Below the pieces are notes generated by a model that was not told the DNA's origin, searched no databases, and saw only the letters and a program-made list of their open reading frames with translations. 64,000 nucleotides of DNA from Octopus vulgaris (taxonomy: Eukaryota). Shown one piece after another: positions 28,574 to 41,833 of this stretch; the stretch's first letter is position 1; each line of letters begins with the position of its first letter. Both the position numbers and the translations under genes were made by a program. Location of the stretch: NCBI GenBank assembly GCA_951406725.2, contig OX597815.1:42780001-42844000 (forward strand), read 5' to 3'.

Positions 28574-29525
28574 GTGTGTTTGGGGTAACTTGAGTCAGTA
28601 CAAATAGCAGCCAAATCTCTCTTAAAACACGCCATTTCGTCAAAAGAAAGACACAGATTTACAATATTTCAGGAAGAAAAAAATCTAACAAACTATGCCA
28701 TGGGTCTGCTACATCAAAGGCAACTAAGGGCTAAACAAAACACAGACAAACATACTTCACATTAAAAGATTATCTGCTAAATAATAGTAATAAAGTTGAC
28801 AATATATTTTCGAAGCTTCATACCCTGGTAAAACTCCATGTATTTTAAGAGTGTTCGAGCAGAGTTGCCTCCTTTAGCTAAGGATTTGAAAATTGTGCCA
28901 CCCGATCTGCTTTTTGCTGTTATTTTTGAAGTAAAACAGAGTTGTTGTTTATTTGATAGCCGAAAGATTTCTGAATTTTTTGATAGCTCATACATCAAAA
29001 TCGGCAACTCATTGTTCGAAATCATAAGGAACATACGCGCACGCACACACACACATGCACACACACACACACACACACACATGCACACACACAAGCTCTA
29101 TTTTATTATACAATATATACATATGTATGTGTTTGTGAGTGTGTTTACGTCTGTGTGTGAATGTGTGTGAGTGAGTGTGTGTAAGTGTGTGCGTGTGCGC
29201 GCGTGTATAAACATATATACATATATATTTTCAATAATAATAAAAGGGTAAAGTTAATTAAATAATTAATCAATCAATTAATTAATAATTAATAATTTTA
29301 CCAAGTAGTTCGTTATGCTAGAATAACCGTTTTAGGTAAAATTATACAAATATTTTATAAATATAAACATAATTATAATCACTGTCGGCTAAAAGCTTCA
29401 CCACGCACCGAATTTACAAATAGGAGTTAAATGACTTTCCTGCTACCATAAAGACCTTCCAGACAGTAACACACTTTTTTATGTAGGCAAAAAGAAAATA
29501 TAACGAATCCACAGGCCTCAGATTA

Positions 29526-29593
29526 GCTACATATGCGTTTCGATATTAAAGTAAAGTAATATTTACTTACTTGTTTCTCATCCTCAGTACAGC
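29526..29593 (-). ncRNA. Degenerate hammerhead motif (copy 1 of 29-30 kb array)
   Basis: gctgta CTGAGGA t gaga...tatc GAAAC gc ATA tgtagc; core intact, stems mutated. Confidence 0.55.
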
Positions 29594-29947
29594 ATTTAGA
29601 AATATAAATTTGAGAGTGTTAGGATTAAATATGTACGCGATCAAGCGCCATCGCATAACCGATATTCAACCAACACTTCCAAAAACATACAGCCGAATGT
29701 GAACACATATTTAACCTCAATAACTACGTGTGTGTTACGAGCAATCCCGCAGAAACTGCAGTTTTCGATCAAGGAGTAAATTATAATTTCAATAATAATA
29801 AAAGGGTAAAAATTAATTAATTAATTAATTAATTAATTAATTCCTTAATTAATAATTAATAATTTTGCGAAGAAGTTCGGTACGTTAAAATAGCGCTTGA
29901 TTGCGTACATATTTAATCCTAACACTCTCAAATTTATATTTCGAAAT

Positions 29948-30015
29948 GCTACACGGAAGACGAGAAATAAGTAAGTAAATATAACTTTACTTTAATCTCG
30001 AAACGCGTATGTAGC
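29948..30015 (+). ncRNA. Degenerate hammerhead motif (copy 2)
   Basis: gctaca CGGAAGA c gaga...tctc GAAAC gc GTA tgtagc; perfect 6-bp stem I, U4G core change. Confidence 0.6.
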
Positions 30016-30461
30016 TAGTCTGAGTCGTGTGGATTCGTCATTTATGATCTTTATGGTAGCAGAAAAGGCATTTAACTCCCATTTCTAAATTCGGTGCATG
30101 GCGAAACAATTAGCTGACCCTGACTATAATTATTTTTATAATTATAGAATATTTATATAATTTTACCTAAAAAGTTGTTTTAACGAAACGAACTACTTGG
30201 TAAAATTATTAATTATTAATTAATTGATTAATTAGTTCATTAATTTTACCACTCTATTATTATTGAAATTATAATTTACTCCCTGATCGAAAACTGCAAA
30301 TTCTGCGGGATTGCTCGTAATGCAAGTGTAGGCATTAAGAATAAATATGTGTTCACATTCGGCTGTATATTTTTGGAAGTGTTGGTTGAAAATCGGTTAT
30401 GCGATGGCGCTTGATCGCATACGCATTTAATCCTAACACTCTCAAATTTATATTTCTAAAT

Positions 30462-30529
30462 GCTGCACAGAAGATGAGAAATAAATAAGTAAATATTACT
30501 TTACTTTAATCTCGAAACGCGTATGTAGC
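30462..30529 (+). ncRNA. Degenerate hammerhead motif (copy 3)
   Basis: gctgca CAGAAGA t gaga...tctc GAAAC gc GTA tgtagc; U4A core change. Confidence 0.6.
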
Positions 30530-30841
30530 TAATCTGAGTTGTGTGGATTCGTTATTATCTCTTTTTTCCCTACGTAAAAAAGTGTGTTATTGTCTGGGAG
30601 ATCTGTATGGTGGTAAAAAAGGCATTTAACTTCTATTTGTAAATTCGGTGCGTGAGGAAGCAATTAGCTGACCCCTAATTATAATTATGTTTATAATTAT
30701 ATAATATTTGTATAATCTTACCTACAAAGGTTATTTTAACGTAACGAACTACTTGGTAAAATTATTAATTATTAATTAATTAATTGATTAATCAATTGAT
30801 TTATTATTATTGTTGTTATTACTATTATTATTATTATTATT

Positions 30842-30932
<91 letters not shown>

Positions 30933-30934
<2 letters not shown>

Positions 30935-31305
30935 TGTTTCAGTCATTCATTTGACCGTGGTCATGCTGTGATCTGCCTTCAAGAGCTTTTGTAGGAAAAA
31001 TCGAACCCACGACTATTTTTAAAGCTTAATACTTATTCTATCGGTCTCTTTTGCAAAATCGCTATGTTATAGGGACATAAACACACCAACACCGGTTGTA
31101 AGGTGGCTTTGGTGTTAAAACACAAGACACAAAGACATGCACAGATAGCTATATACACATGTATATACGACGGTCTTCATTCAGTTTCCGGCTACCAAAT
31201 CTACTCACAAGGCTCTGGTCGGCCCGAAGCTACAGTGGAAGACACTTTCCCAAGGTCCAACGTAGTGGGACTGAACCTGGAACCATATGGTTGGGAAGCA
31301 AACTT
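30933..31305 (-). mobile_element. tRNA-derived SINE family A
   Basis: Matches 33641-34062. Confidence 0.8.
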
Positions 31306-31374
31306 CATATACAACATACACATGCATATGTATATATATATATATATATGATTGTATGTATGTGTTCGTGTGTA

Positions 31375-31570
31375 TGTGTGTGTTTACTTGACAACTGGTG
31401 TTAGTTTGTTTACACCTCTCTAACATAGTGATTCAGCCCAAGAGACTGATGGAGTACGTACTAGGCTTTAAAAAGTAAGTTATGCGGTCGATTCATTCAT
31501 CCAAAACTCTTCGGGCTGGTGCCCCAACATGGATGCTGTCCAATGATTGAAACAAGTAAAAGATAAAAAT
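31375..31570 (+). mobile_element. SINE family A, 3' half, opposite orientation to its neighbour
   Basis: ggtgttagtttgtttac...gtactaggc...gaaacaagtaaaagataaaa matches 18310-18480. Confidence 0.7.
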
Positions 31571-31994
31571 AAATCCTGTATTACTTATGATTCGCAATTT
31601 GTCTCACTTTTCAGTCTCAAATTGTCAGTTATTCTGTGTAACTACGGTTGCTTTGCATGTTCCGGATTAATTTTATTGCCTCAGATACCAGCCTAAAATC
31701 TCTTACATAGCCGAGGTTTTCCAGCTTTCATTTTTTAAATTTATTTTTTGCTTATCTGCAGTTAAGCTTTCGTCGATCGGATCTTAACCATCTCACCTTT
31801 TGTTTTCGGTGTAATGTGTTCTAAACTATCTATATTATCCAATGTGATTTTTTTAGAAACATGATTATTTATGATTGAGAGAGGTCTCGAGATTGATTCT
31901 TACATATCAAGCATACACATAAGCTCCGTCGACATCTTCACAAGTGGCATCAGTAGTAATAGTAATAATAGTTTTGGTAGTATGTGTCGTAATA

Positions 31995-32190
31995 TTGGTT
32001 TCAAATTTTGACACAACGCCAGCAAGTTCGCGGGAGGGGAGTAAGTCGATTACATCGATCTCAGTGTTCAACTCGAACTTATTTCATCGAACCCGAAATG
32101 ATGAAAGACTTAGTCGACCTCGACGGAATTTGTACTCAGAAAGTAAAGACGAACGAAATGCATTTTGCCCGACGTACTAACGGTTTTATC
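31995..32190 (-). mobile_element. Old SINE-like repeat, family C
   Basis: gtcgacctcgacggaatttgtactcagaa resembles 14640-14675 (gcaaagtcgaccctagcgaagtttgaactcagaa); B-box-like on minus. Confidence 0.55.
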
Positions 32191-32206
32191 AGTTCGCTGC
32201 ACGTAT

Positions 32207-32602
32207 AGTAGTAATAATATCAGTAGTAGTAGTAGTAGTAGTAGTAGTAGCAGCAATTACAGTAGTAGTAGTAGTAGTAGTAGTAATAGCAATTACAGTA
32301 GTAGTAGTAGTAGTAGTGATGGTAGTAGTAGTAGAAGTAGTGGTGGTGGCGGCGGTGGTGGTGGTGGCGGTGGCAGTGGTGGTGGTAGGTAGTAGTAGTA
32401 GTAGTAGTAGTAGCAGTAATAGTAGTAGTAGTGATAGTAGTAGTAGTAGTAGTAGTAGTAGTGATAGTAGTAGTAGTAGTAGTGGTAGTAGTAGTAGTAG
32501 TGGTAGTAGTAGTTGTAGTAGTAGTGGTAGTAGTAGTAGTAGTAATAGTAGTAGTAGTGATAGTAGTAGTAGTAGTAGTAGTGATAGTAGTAGTAGTAGT
32601 GA

Positions 32603-32641
<39 letters not shown>

Positions 32642-32700
32642 TAGTAGTAGTGGTAGTAGTAGTAGTAGTAGTAGTAGTAGCTGCAGCAGTAACAGCAACA
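32207..32700. repeat. (AGT)n/(GGT)n microsatellite
   Basis: Direct inspection; source of poly-S/T/V/L ORFs. Confidence 0.95.
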
Positions 32701-33640
32701 GCATTGGTGGTAAAAGTCGTTTCATCCATGATTGTATCAATCAAAAAAAAGGAAAAATAAGAGTAATTCTTTAGTATAGCAGATTCAGAACAGAAGAAGA
32801 AAGCACAGAAAAGCCTCTTAGGGAATCTCGAGAAGACGAGCATCAGAAGACATTAATTGCCGAAAGTACATGTAGATAGAGAAAGAGAAAGAAAAAAAAA
32901 AACGTAATATCCATGAAAGTTAAAACAAACAGAGTAATTTACTGGATGCGCTAAAACATTCGCATCGGCGTCCTGCTGTCTCAAAAAATCTTTCCCATCT
33001 TTTGCTATTATATAAGATTTTGCTCTGCAAAGTAATTACGCGGAAAAATCATTTGTTTCTAAAAACTTTGGTTGTATTTGAAAAATATTCTTTCTTGTTA
33101 GCGAATCTCTCGGATTCTAGTAATTCCTGAATTGTGACTACTTCATATAAAATCAAATGATCTATGCAATAACACAGCACTGTACAACTTTGTCAGTAGA
33201 TTCAACTAGTTTCCTGAATAATTCTTGAACGCTTTGGTTTAATTACATGGCCGTTTTCCTTTTCTTTAACCAGTTGATGTGCAAATATGATTGGGCCTTA
33301 TTTCTTCACTATAAAGAAGGTCTAATATATCCTACATTTTAATACCATTATGTAGTTCTTAATATCTTTAGCTGATTTGAATCTACATTGAAACATTAGA
33401 AACAGACCTATTGTTCACTTAACGCCTACCTTTTTTCTGCTGACACTGACGTGAAGTTTCTCATTTACAGTGTATTAAGGACCACAATATCAAATGTATT
33501 CGTCCTTTAAAAAAGAGAAACAAGGTAGGATGTAATTTGAAAACTTGCCTTCTCTTTTGAGTGATTATATTGAAGCTAGCACATTGTTTTTTGTTACATT
33601 TTTTAATTAAAATCTCTATATGGAGATTTAATTTAAAACA

Positions 33641-34062
33641 ACTCTTTTATTCTTTTACTTGTTTCAGTCATTTGACTATTCAGTCATGTGGCTATGCTGG
33701 AGCATCGCCTTTAGTTGAGCAAATCGACCCCAGGACTTATTCTTTGTAAGCCTAGTACTTATTCTATCGTTCTGTTTTGTCGAACCGCTAAAGTTACGGG
33801 GACGTAAACACACCAACATCGGTTGTCAAGCGATGTTGGGGGGGACAAACACGACACACAAACATATACACACACATATATGTATATACACATATATACG
33901 ACGGGCTTCTTTCAGTTTCCGTCTTCCAAATCCACTCACAAGGCTTTGGTTGGCCCGAGACTATAGTAGAAGACACTTGCCCAAGGTGCCACGCAGTGGG
34001 ACTGAACCCGGAACCATGTGGTTGGTAAGCAAGCTACTTACCACACAGCCACTCCTACGCCA
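33641..34062 (-). mobile_element. tRNA-derived SINE family A, full length
   Basis: Minus strand ggcgtaggagtggctgtgtggtaagtagcttgc...ccgggttcagtcccactgcgtggcaccttgggc head; (AAAAGA) tail. Confidence 0.9.
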
Positions 34063-34213
34063 ACGTTTATCTATTTTAAGGAGCTGTGTTAATAGACTAA
34101 CAAACGAAGGTCTTGGCATATTGTTAATCTAAAATAAAACCATTGTCTCTGTAAATCCAAATTCACATCCACCCTGCTGAATAGGTTAATTCTTTTTGCT
34201 ACTCGCCAACATC

Positions 34214-34433
34214 TACGAGAGGGTGCTGAAAAAATCCTGGCTTTGGGTAAAAGAAAATACAGGAGGATCAGTTAATAATAATTTTATTCAGCATATTCCC
34301 CTCTCAGATTCACACACTCATTGCAGCGGTTTTTCAATTTTTGTAAGCCCTATAAAAGAACTCGGAAGTTTGGGCTTCCAGCCAGGCCTTTGGCGATACC
34401 CTGAAATCCAGGAACGTTTCAGTACTCCTCGTA
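34214..34433. mobile_element. Tc1/mariner-type MITE
   Basis: Imperfect TIRs tacgagagggtgctgaaaaaatcctgg / ccaggaacgtttcagtactcctcgta with terminal TA dinucleotides. Confidence 0.75.
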
Positions 34434-36472
34434 CAATAATAATGCTATCGCATATGAAGAATTTTCAAATAGTGTTCGTTTTGTACATACTGTGTTGGGA
34501 AAACTGTGCAAAAGAGTATTATTTTGCAGTGTAATAAAATATGGTTGTGTTTTACAAGATGGTTGTCCTAATACCTCTCATGTAAGGATATGTAGCCCGG
34601 AGACTTTATTGAAAGAAACCTTAATAAGTTGGAAAGCTTCGATCAAACCTAGCTGCGATCCTCTTGGCCATACGTTAGCAGAACCATATTAATTTTTCTT
34701 CGGGTCAGTTCAACAGCATTATAGCTACATCCAAAGAATGTTTGGCTATGGACTGTCAGACACATTTATGTACAGAAAATTGCAAGAACGTGTTCAACAA
34801 TAGTTGTGAGGTGGCTATACAAGGATCAGCAAAAGCGAACTTTAAAAAACTTTAATATTAATGTATTTACGTGGACTGTCGATAATTTTAATCGTCCACT
34901 GTTAAAAAGAAAATGCCTCCGTTGGACGGGACTTTTTTGGAAGTAAATGGAAAAGAGGCAGACAAAAGGTTATGTAGGCAGGGTGAATCAAGCCGGCAAC
35001 GATGACCTTTAAGTCCAGTTGCACTCTAATTCTCTTGTCCCACTTGCTAGGGCTCCATTAGATCAAAAATAGATTTATACAACCATCTTTGAAATTGATC
35101 ACATACTTAACTTTAATAGAATCAAATTCTCGACACAGAAGGATGCCGATGGTTAGGATAACTTTTGATAGTGACATTTAGTAAGAAATTAAAGCATTGT
35201 CCTTGTACAGCGAAAAATGTTTCGTTGATGTGACGTTTGTTGTTTAGCCTCAAAAAGGCTCTGACTGAACGAACCCAAGGCATTCTATCCGTGACGTCGA
35301 GTTTTTTTTCAGAGAGATATTATCCAATGTGCCTTATGTTTTTAAAGACGGTAGTGTGATTTGAGACATAGATTAGCCTTTAAATTCGAGCAAGTGAAGC
35401 TTTTGTGCAGAGGTTGCAATTAGAATGATGTAGAAACATAGAAAAAATGTTGTGAACATAAATTGTTTTAGTAACCAGAATGTAATTATCCTTCACAAAA
35501 CAGATTATAATTATTCTCCAGTAAACAAGTTATAGTTATTCTTAGAAAGTCTGAAAATAAGAGCCAAACTCTAATACGATGTTAGCGTCATTGCTTTATT
35601 AAGAAATCAACGGTCTTTCAATAATAATTTGCAACGGAACTTCGCACTAGAAAATTTTAGTTGGTATAACAGTAATTTTCAATACTTCCCCATCAATTTG
35701 AGAATCCTATTTTAGAAAAAAACCCCACAAATAAGCAAACAAACTAATTATATCGTTGTATAACACTGTAAACCCATAATTTTTACCGATGTGCAAAATC
35801 AAAACATTTTCTTTGCTTTTTTCCTTTTATTTTGCATTCAGCAACAACCGCTTCGTTTCGGTTCCAATCCTATCAAACATTAACTTTCATCTATTAGATT
35901 TCATTAAATTACACCCAGTAATATTATTCTAAAAATTTGCTGAGGTTGCTAACATCTTACTGGAGGGTAAATCATTAATTTAAATAAAAAGAATGAAAAA
36001 CGAATTGTAGTAAACAGTTTGGGAATTTATTCTTTCAATGCTGATTATTTACTACATGTGATTGTAAAATACACAAGAGGCAATAAACATTCTGGCATAT
36101 TTGAAAAATATATTTATTGATGTAGAAAGTTCGTACTTAAATAATAGGGTTTCAAGGCATATATTAAATGTGGATTGAAACTTAATGTCCGAGGAAAGAA
36201 AGTACATTTTCAATACAAAGGAATAATGAAGTCAAATTGTGTTATTTTTTCGATTTTGGCTCTTTTGTGTTGCAATAGAATCCGTTTGATAGTCAATGCT
36301 TATTTAAATGCTTATATAATTCTTATATAAAATATATCTTTATGATAATAGAATACATACATATTGAATCATGTGCTTATATAACTTCAGATGTCTTTAC
36401 ACACACACACACATACACGTATATTTATGTATATGTGTGTATATATGCATACTCACATATGTATATATATAT

Positions 36473-36892
36473 ATATAATAACAATTTAATAATAAAACAT
36501 ATGCATACATACATATATGTACATACCTACATATATATGTATATATACATGCATATATGGGTACAGGACACCACAAATAAACGTAGAACACAACGAGAAA
36601 CGAAAGCATAAAAACAAAACAAGGAAACACCTTCGAAACACGCGATGAGTCGAAACAGGGGCAGCTGAAGAAGGGGAATGTCCCTTGTGTTGTTTGTCTT
36701 GTATTCTGTCTTTTCGTTGTTAAAAAAAGTTCGTTTCCTTGTTTTGTTTTTATGTTTTCGTTTCTCGTTGTGTTCTACGTTTATTTGTGGTGTTCTGTAG
36801 CCATATATGCATGTATATATACATATAGATGTAGGTGTGTATATATATGTACGTATGTATGCATATGTTTTATTATTAAATTGTTATTATAT
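36473..36892. repeat. Inverted repeat (~156-bp arms 36473-36628 / 36733-36892) in a (TA)n-flanked ORF-less element
   Basis: caccacaaataaacgtagaacacaacgagaaacgaaa is mirrored by tttcgtttctcgttgtgttctacgtttatttgtggtg. Confidence 0.9.
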
Positions 36893-36925
36893 GATCGAAC
36901 GCACACCTCGTCTTCTTCCAAGTAA

Positions 36926-37013
<88 letters not shown>

Positions 37014-37132
37014 AAATAAAGAGAGAGAGAAAGGATGAGAGAGGTATTAATATGTAGGTTATATAAATGATCATATACTTAATAATGCATACTTATATAC
37101 ACACATAATTCCGTAAGTTTATACCAATGAAT

Positions 37133-37184
<52 letters not shown>

Positions 37185-37654
37185 TTGTTTGTGTGTGTGT
37201 ATTATGTGTGTGTATTCTGTGTCTGCGTATGTGTATGTATGTATGCATGTACGTATGTATGTGTGCATAATCATTCAAACCTATCTTTAAATTCGCTATC
37301 ATCTATAATGTACTGTGATTCACAAAAGACATCTTTTTGTTGTTATTGCTATTTAATCCTTGTCAACTCTGTTCTAGTAGACTTATGATGAATGGCTTCC
37401 ACTCGTGACGATACCACGGTTTTCGCTATATTTTATCAAGTGTTCCATACTTTTTTGAGATAGCAGAGCGTGATGTGAGATGGCTTTGGTAGCTGCAAGT
37501 TCTTTTATTGTTTTTATAAAATACTCTTGAATAACTGTTTTTGCAAAAGGAGCAACACTACTTCATTATCAATTGATATTTTATGTCTAAAGCGCTTATT
37601 TATATCTTACATAGAAATTTATCTTATATCATCAAAAAAGAAAAAGAGATCAAT

Positions 37655-37906
37655 AGTCCCTCCCGAGCCATAGGCTCACAAGGCCTGTTACCCGGATTCT
37701 ATGGCGTATATATTCCACCCTACACTCCTAGATGGGACTCCAAACCGTCGTAGGATTGCTCATTTCTGCCAGATGAATGGAGTAGAGAAACGGAAAATGA
37801 AGTGTTTTCTTTTTTCAAGAACACAAAGCATCGATCTGTCTCGTAATCGAAACTGCACCTTACCATCATGAGCGCAACATCCCAACCATTGAGTTACCCG
37901 CTTGCA
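37655..37906 (-). mobile_element. tRNA-derived SINE family B, degenerate
   Basis: Collinear similarity to 57724-57980. Confidence 0.65.
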
Positions 37907-38536
37907 CGTCTAATATCATATATAGTAAAATATCTCGTATTATCGAAATGACTCATCATTACGATATTTCCAAAAGAAATCAGAATGACGGCTATTGTTC
38001 GACAGTGTTTTGAGTAGCTAATAAAATGTTGATCAATGAAGGAAATATTTATTGTTTAGCTAGTGAACATCGCACCTGAATAGCATATTAAGAGACCTCA
38101 TATAGAATTAAATTTTACAGTTGATATGATTTCGTATATAAATATATATTGATAATTTTGGTTTATTGTTTGCATTTTAAAATGAAAGACCAAATTATCA
38201 ACCTACTTGTAAACATGAGTAAGGCAAACTATCCCTCAAACCTCTCTCTATTGTCTTATAAAATGTGGAAGTATTACTAGACATGCTAGGTATACTCTTT
38301 CGTGAAAAAATGATGAAAGAGTTATTGTTAATCTGAATTTAAATAATAACAACATTGTGTACTTTGAAGATTTCGTCCCTGTAGTCATTGAGATTACTAC
38401 AAAATAACTTGCAGTGCTGAACGTCTAATGGTCTTAGCTAAAATACAGGTGTAGTTTTGCTAAACAGATTTGTCTCTGATAAATCCTAAACTATATGAAA
38501 AATGAATGTTCTTTTTTTCATTATATAATACATATG

Positions 38537-38598
<62 letters not shown>

Positions 38599-38720
38599 CG
38601 TGTGTGTGTGTGTATAGATAGGTAGATACATATATATATATATATACATATAAATATATATATATACATACATACATGTATATATATATGTATATATATA
38701 TATATACATATATATATATT

Positions 38721-38792
<72 letters not shown>

Positions 38793-38921
38793 TAAAAAGA
38801 ATTCCAACCTTGTCTGATTTTCACGTTTTATTTACAATCTTATAATGATATATTATAAGATAATATATTATAATTGAATAAAATAAAATGAAATAGTAGA
38901 ATGTTAAATATTCATTCTGAT

Positions 38922-38966
38922 TGAACTAGTACTTTCATGCATTGAATTCTGCAATCTTCGGGTTCA
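38922..38966 (-). ncRNA. Degenerate hammerhead motif in PLE pLTR
   Basis: tgaac CCGAAGA t tgca gaattcaa tgca t GAAAG ta CTA gttca; 5-bp stem I, palindromic AGTACT, U4C core change. Confidence 0.65.
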
Positions 38967-39460
38967 TGTAGTAGTGTTGACAGTCATGCTTCACAATTTT
39001 TGACTGTAGCAAGATGAGTGATTCTGTGCTATAAATACAGCTGGGTAGGCTCCAGAGTGCTAGGTTTTGCAAACTGTATTCTGACCAATCAGTGTGTAGT
39101 ATCACTCAATTACTTAAGCTGATTGGTTGGTTGAGCTGATTGGTTTAGGCATCACGCTTTGTTGGACAGGTCAAGAGTCCTGTATCTTGACCCTGGCCGA
39201 AGCAGCAATTGTTGGGTTATTTTTAGAAATGTTGTAAATATCCTTTGTCAGAGATTTTTATATTTTTATATTTCAATTGTCATCATCATCATTGTCAGCA
39301 CCTTAATTATTGTTGCTAGTGGTGATGGTGGTGGCAATAGAACTTTTAACCCTAAATAAGATAATTTTCCTGCTATCTTCGTCTTGATCACCTTTAGTAT
39401 TGTTGTTGTTGTTAGTGGTCATGGTCGTAGCAGTGGAAGTAATACCTCTAAGTATTATTA

Positions 39461-40517
39461 TTATTGCTTATTTAGCTTGGGTTCGAATTTATCAATAAAA
39501 TTCTTTTCTCTGATTTTCCTCTCGATTTCACTTGGGCTGTGTAATTTGTAGAATGGAAATATTATATATATTTTCCGACCACATGTTGCTAGGTGGTTAC
39601 TCAAAGGTATCTGACGGACCTCTGGGTCTCTAATCTGTTGCCGGTGTACACGTGAGCGTTCTAATAGTGCGTTTCCCGTCTGACCTACATATATTTCTTC
39701 ACAATTTGGGCATTTGATGCAGTAAATTAAATTTCTGCTTTTGCAGTTCATATTCGCGTTTGTGAATATTTTCCCGGTTTTTGTGTTTATATATTGACCG
39801 GTATGTATGAATTGGCATGTGCCACATCGGCTATCATTGCATTTAGATACCGTGAATGTTTGGTCTTTGTTGCTGAGGTCAAATTTTGCCTTTGTTAGTA
39901 ATGTTTTCAAGTTTTTAGGCTGTCTTTTACTAAGCACCATAGCTCGATCCTTGATTATGTCTTTTAATTCATTACTTCGGGCAATGATTGGAAGGTTTGC
40001 TTTGGCAATGTTGAAGATATTCTGGTGACATGGGTTGTGTGTCACTATGAATGGTATGACTTGTTCTTGTTTTCCTCTTCCTTGAGTTGTCCTAAGTTGT
40101 TGTATAGGTATTTTTATAGCCCGCTGTATGCCATTTTCTATAAGTAGAGATGGGTATTTTTGTTTGAGCAAAAATTCTCTTAGTTCTATTAGGCGTTTGT
40201 TCCTGATATTTGCATCTTCTACAATAGTACAAATTCTTCTGGCTAGGCAGTATGGGATGTTACGTTTTGTATGTGGTGGATGGCACGACTTAAAATTTAG
40301 GTATTGATGTGTGTCTGTGTGTTTATAGTATATATCTGTGGTGATGGTGGTGTCTTTTTTAATTACCATTATATCCAGGAATGGTAATTTGGTACTACTC
40401 ATCTCCTTTGTAAATTTGAGAGATGGGTGTAGGTTGTTCAGGAGGATATTGAACTCTTCCAGAGTATTTAGAGATTCTGTCCAGATTATGAAACAGTCGT
40501 CCAGGTATCTCTTCCAT
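39461..40517 (-). CDS. PLE RT C-terminus/thumb + GIY-YIG endonuclease (open frame, 5'-truncated)
   Basis: WKRYLDDCF...LPFLDIMV...TDIYYKHTDTHQYL...CNDSRCGTC...CKSRNLIYCIKCPNCEEIYVGQTG...RKIREKNFI. Confidence 0.9.
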
Positions 40518-40829
40518 ATATATATATATATATATATATATTGGAAGGTTTGGAGATGATGTACAGGTATTATATATTAGAAGAAATGAGGTAATCAGAA
40601 GATCGGATGGTTTATATTTACAGATATTTATTTATATATTACATTTTTTATATATATATCATATCACTTAGATCATTAGCGCTTTCTCCCATCCTAGTGG
40701 GGTTTTCAAATCAAAATAAGTTCCTTTGTGGGGAATTTTAATCATTTTATAGAGTTTCGTAGTGGTGGGGAGAAATATAAGACAGTACAAGAGGGTGAAG
40801 TGGATGAGGAGAAAGTGAGAGAGAGAACA

Positions 40830-40860
<31 letters not shown>

Positions 40861-41263
40861 GTGTGTGTGTGTGTGTGTTTGTATCTGAAATGAGTGCTAA
40901 AGAGAAAGAGGGGAAGGGAGAGTGAAGAAGACGGAAAGAATTTTTTGCTCTGCTGGACAGAATATTGACTCCAACGGGGTTCTAAGAATCTCAGCTTTGA
41001 CCACTTCACAGTGTCACTGAATGTGTGGTGGCGGGGAGGTAGGCCATAATATTAACTCCAAGGGGGTTCTAAGAATTTCAGCTTTGACCACTTCACAGTG
41101 TCACTGAGTGTGTGGTGGCGGGGAGGTAGGCCATAAATTATATTTCCTTTTATCATTGTGAGAATGGTCAAATGCTTTTTGGGGGTTAAGAATTCTTTCC
41201 ACTTTTTATGATCGTTTTGTGGAGGTGTGTGTGTGTGTGTCTGTGTGTGTGCCCGTGTGTGTT

Positions 41264-41300
<37 letters not shown>

Positions 41301-41772
41301 GTGTGTGCGTGTGCGTGTGTCTGTGTGTTTGGAGAAGTGGAGAGAGACAAAAAAGAAAAACAAAAACAAAAATAAGGGAGGAAGGGGAAAAATTGTGTTG
41401 ATATTTATACCACTATATATACACGCTTATAGATGAAATATTTGAAAAAATACCTTTTATCGGTTCAAAATGAACAACTAAATTACACCATCTTGAAAAT
41501 ATATATACACACACACATAAATATACATATACAGACATATACTAAATGTTCTACTATATTAGATTGTAAATCGAAAGATGTGTCCTTCAATGTCACTATA
41601 TATATATACATGCTTATACATGAAATATTAGAAAAAAACACCTTCTATCGATTCAAAATGAACAATCAAATTACACCATCATGAAAATTGCATATCATAG
41701 TAAGGTTAAAATTAGAATGACAATCGGCAAGTAAAGATCAAGTAAATTACAAAATAATATAATGTATATAAC

Positions 41773-41833
<61 letters not shown>

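Larger units (their letters stand above)
29230..30800. mobile_element. Head-to-head array of a ~558-bp HHR-bearing unit (about 1.2 copies on minus, 29230-29892; about 1.6 copies on plus, 29893-30800)
   Basis: tcaataataataaaagggt recurs at 29231 and 29789 (period 558); orientation flips at 29892/29893; gcgcttgat recurs at 29893 and 30407 (first plus copy has a ~40-bp deletion). Confidence 0.9.
38790..40517 (-). mobile_element. 5'-truncated Penelope-like element (Neptune-like, Cys-rich linker) with 3' UTR/pLTR, between (TA)n tracts
   Basis: Coding part 39461-40517 plus ~670-nt UTR containing CCAAT motifs and an HHR remnant. Confidence 0.9.
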
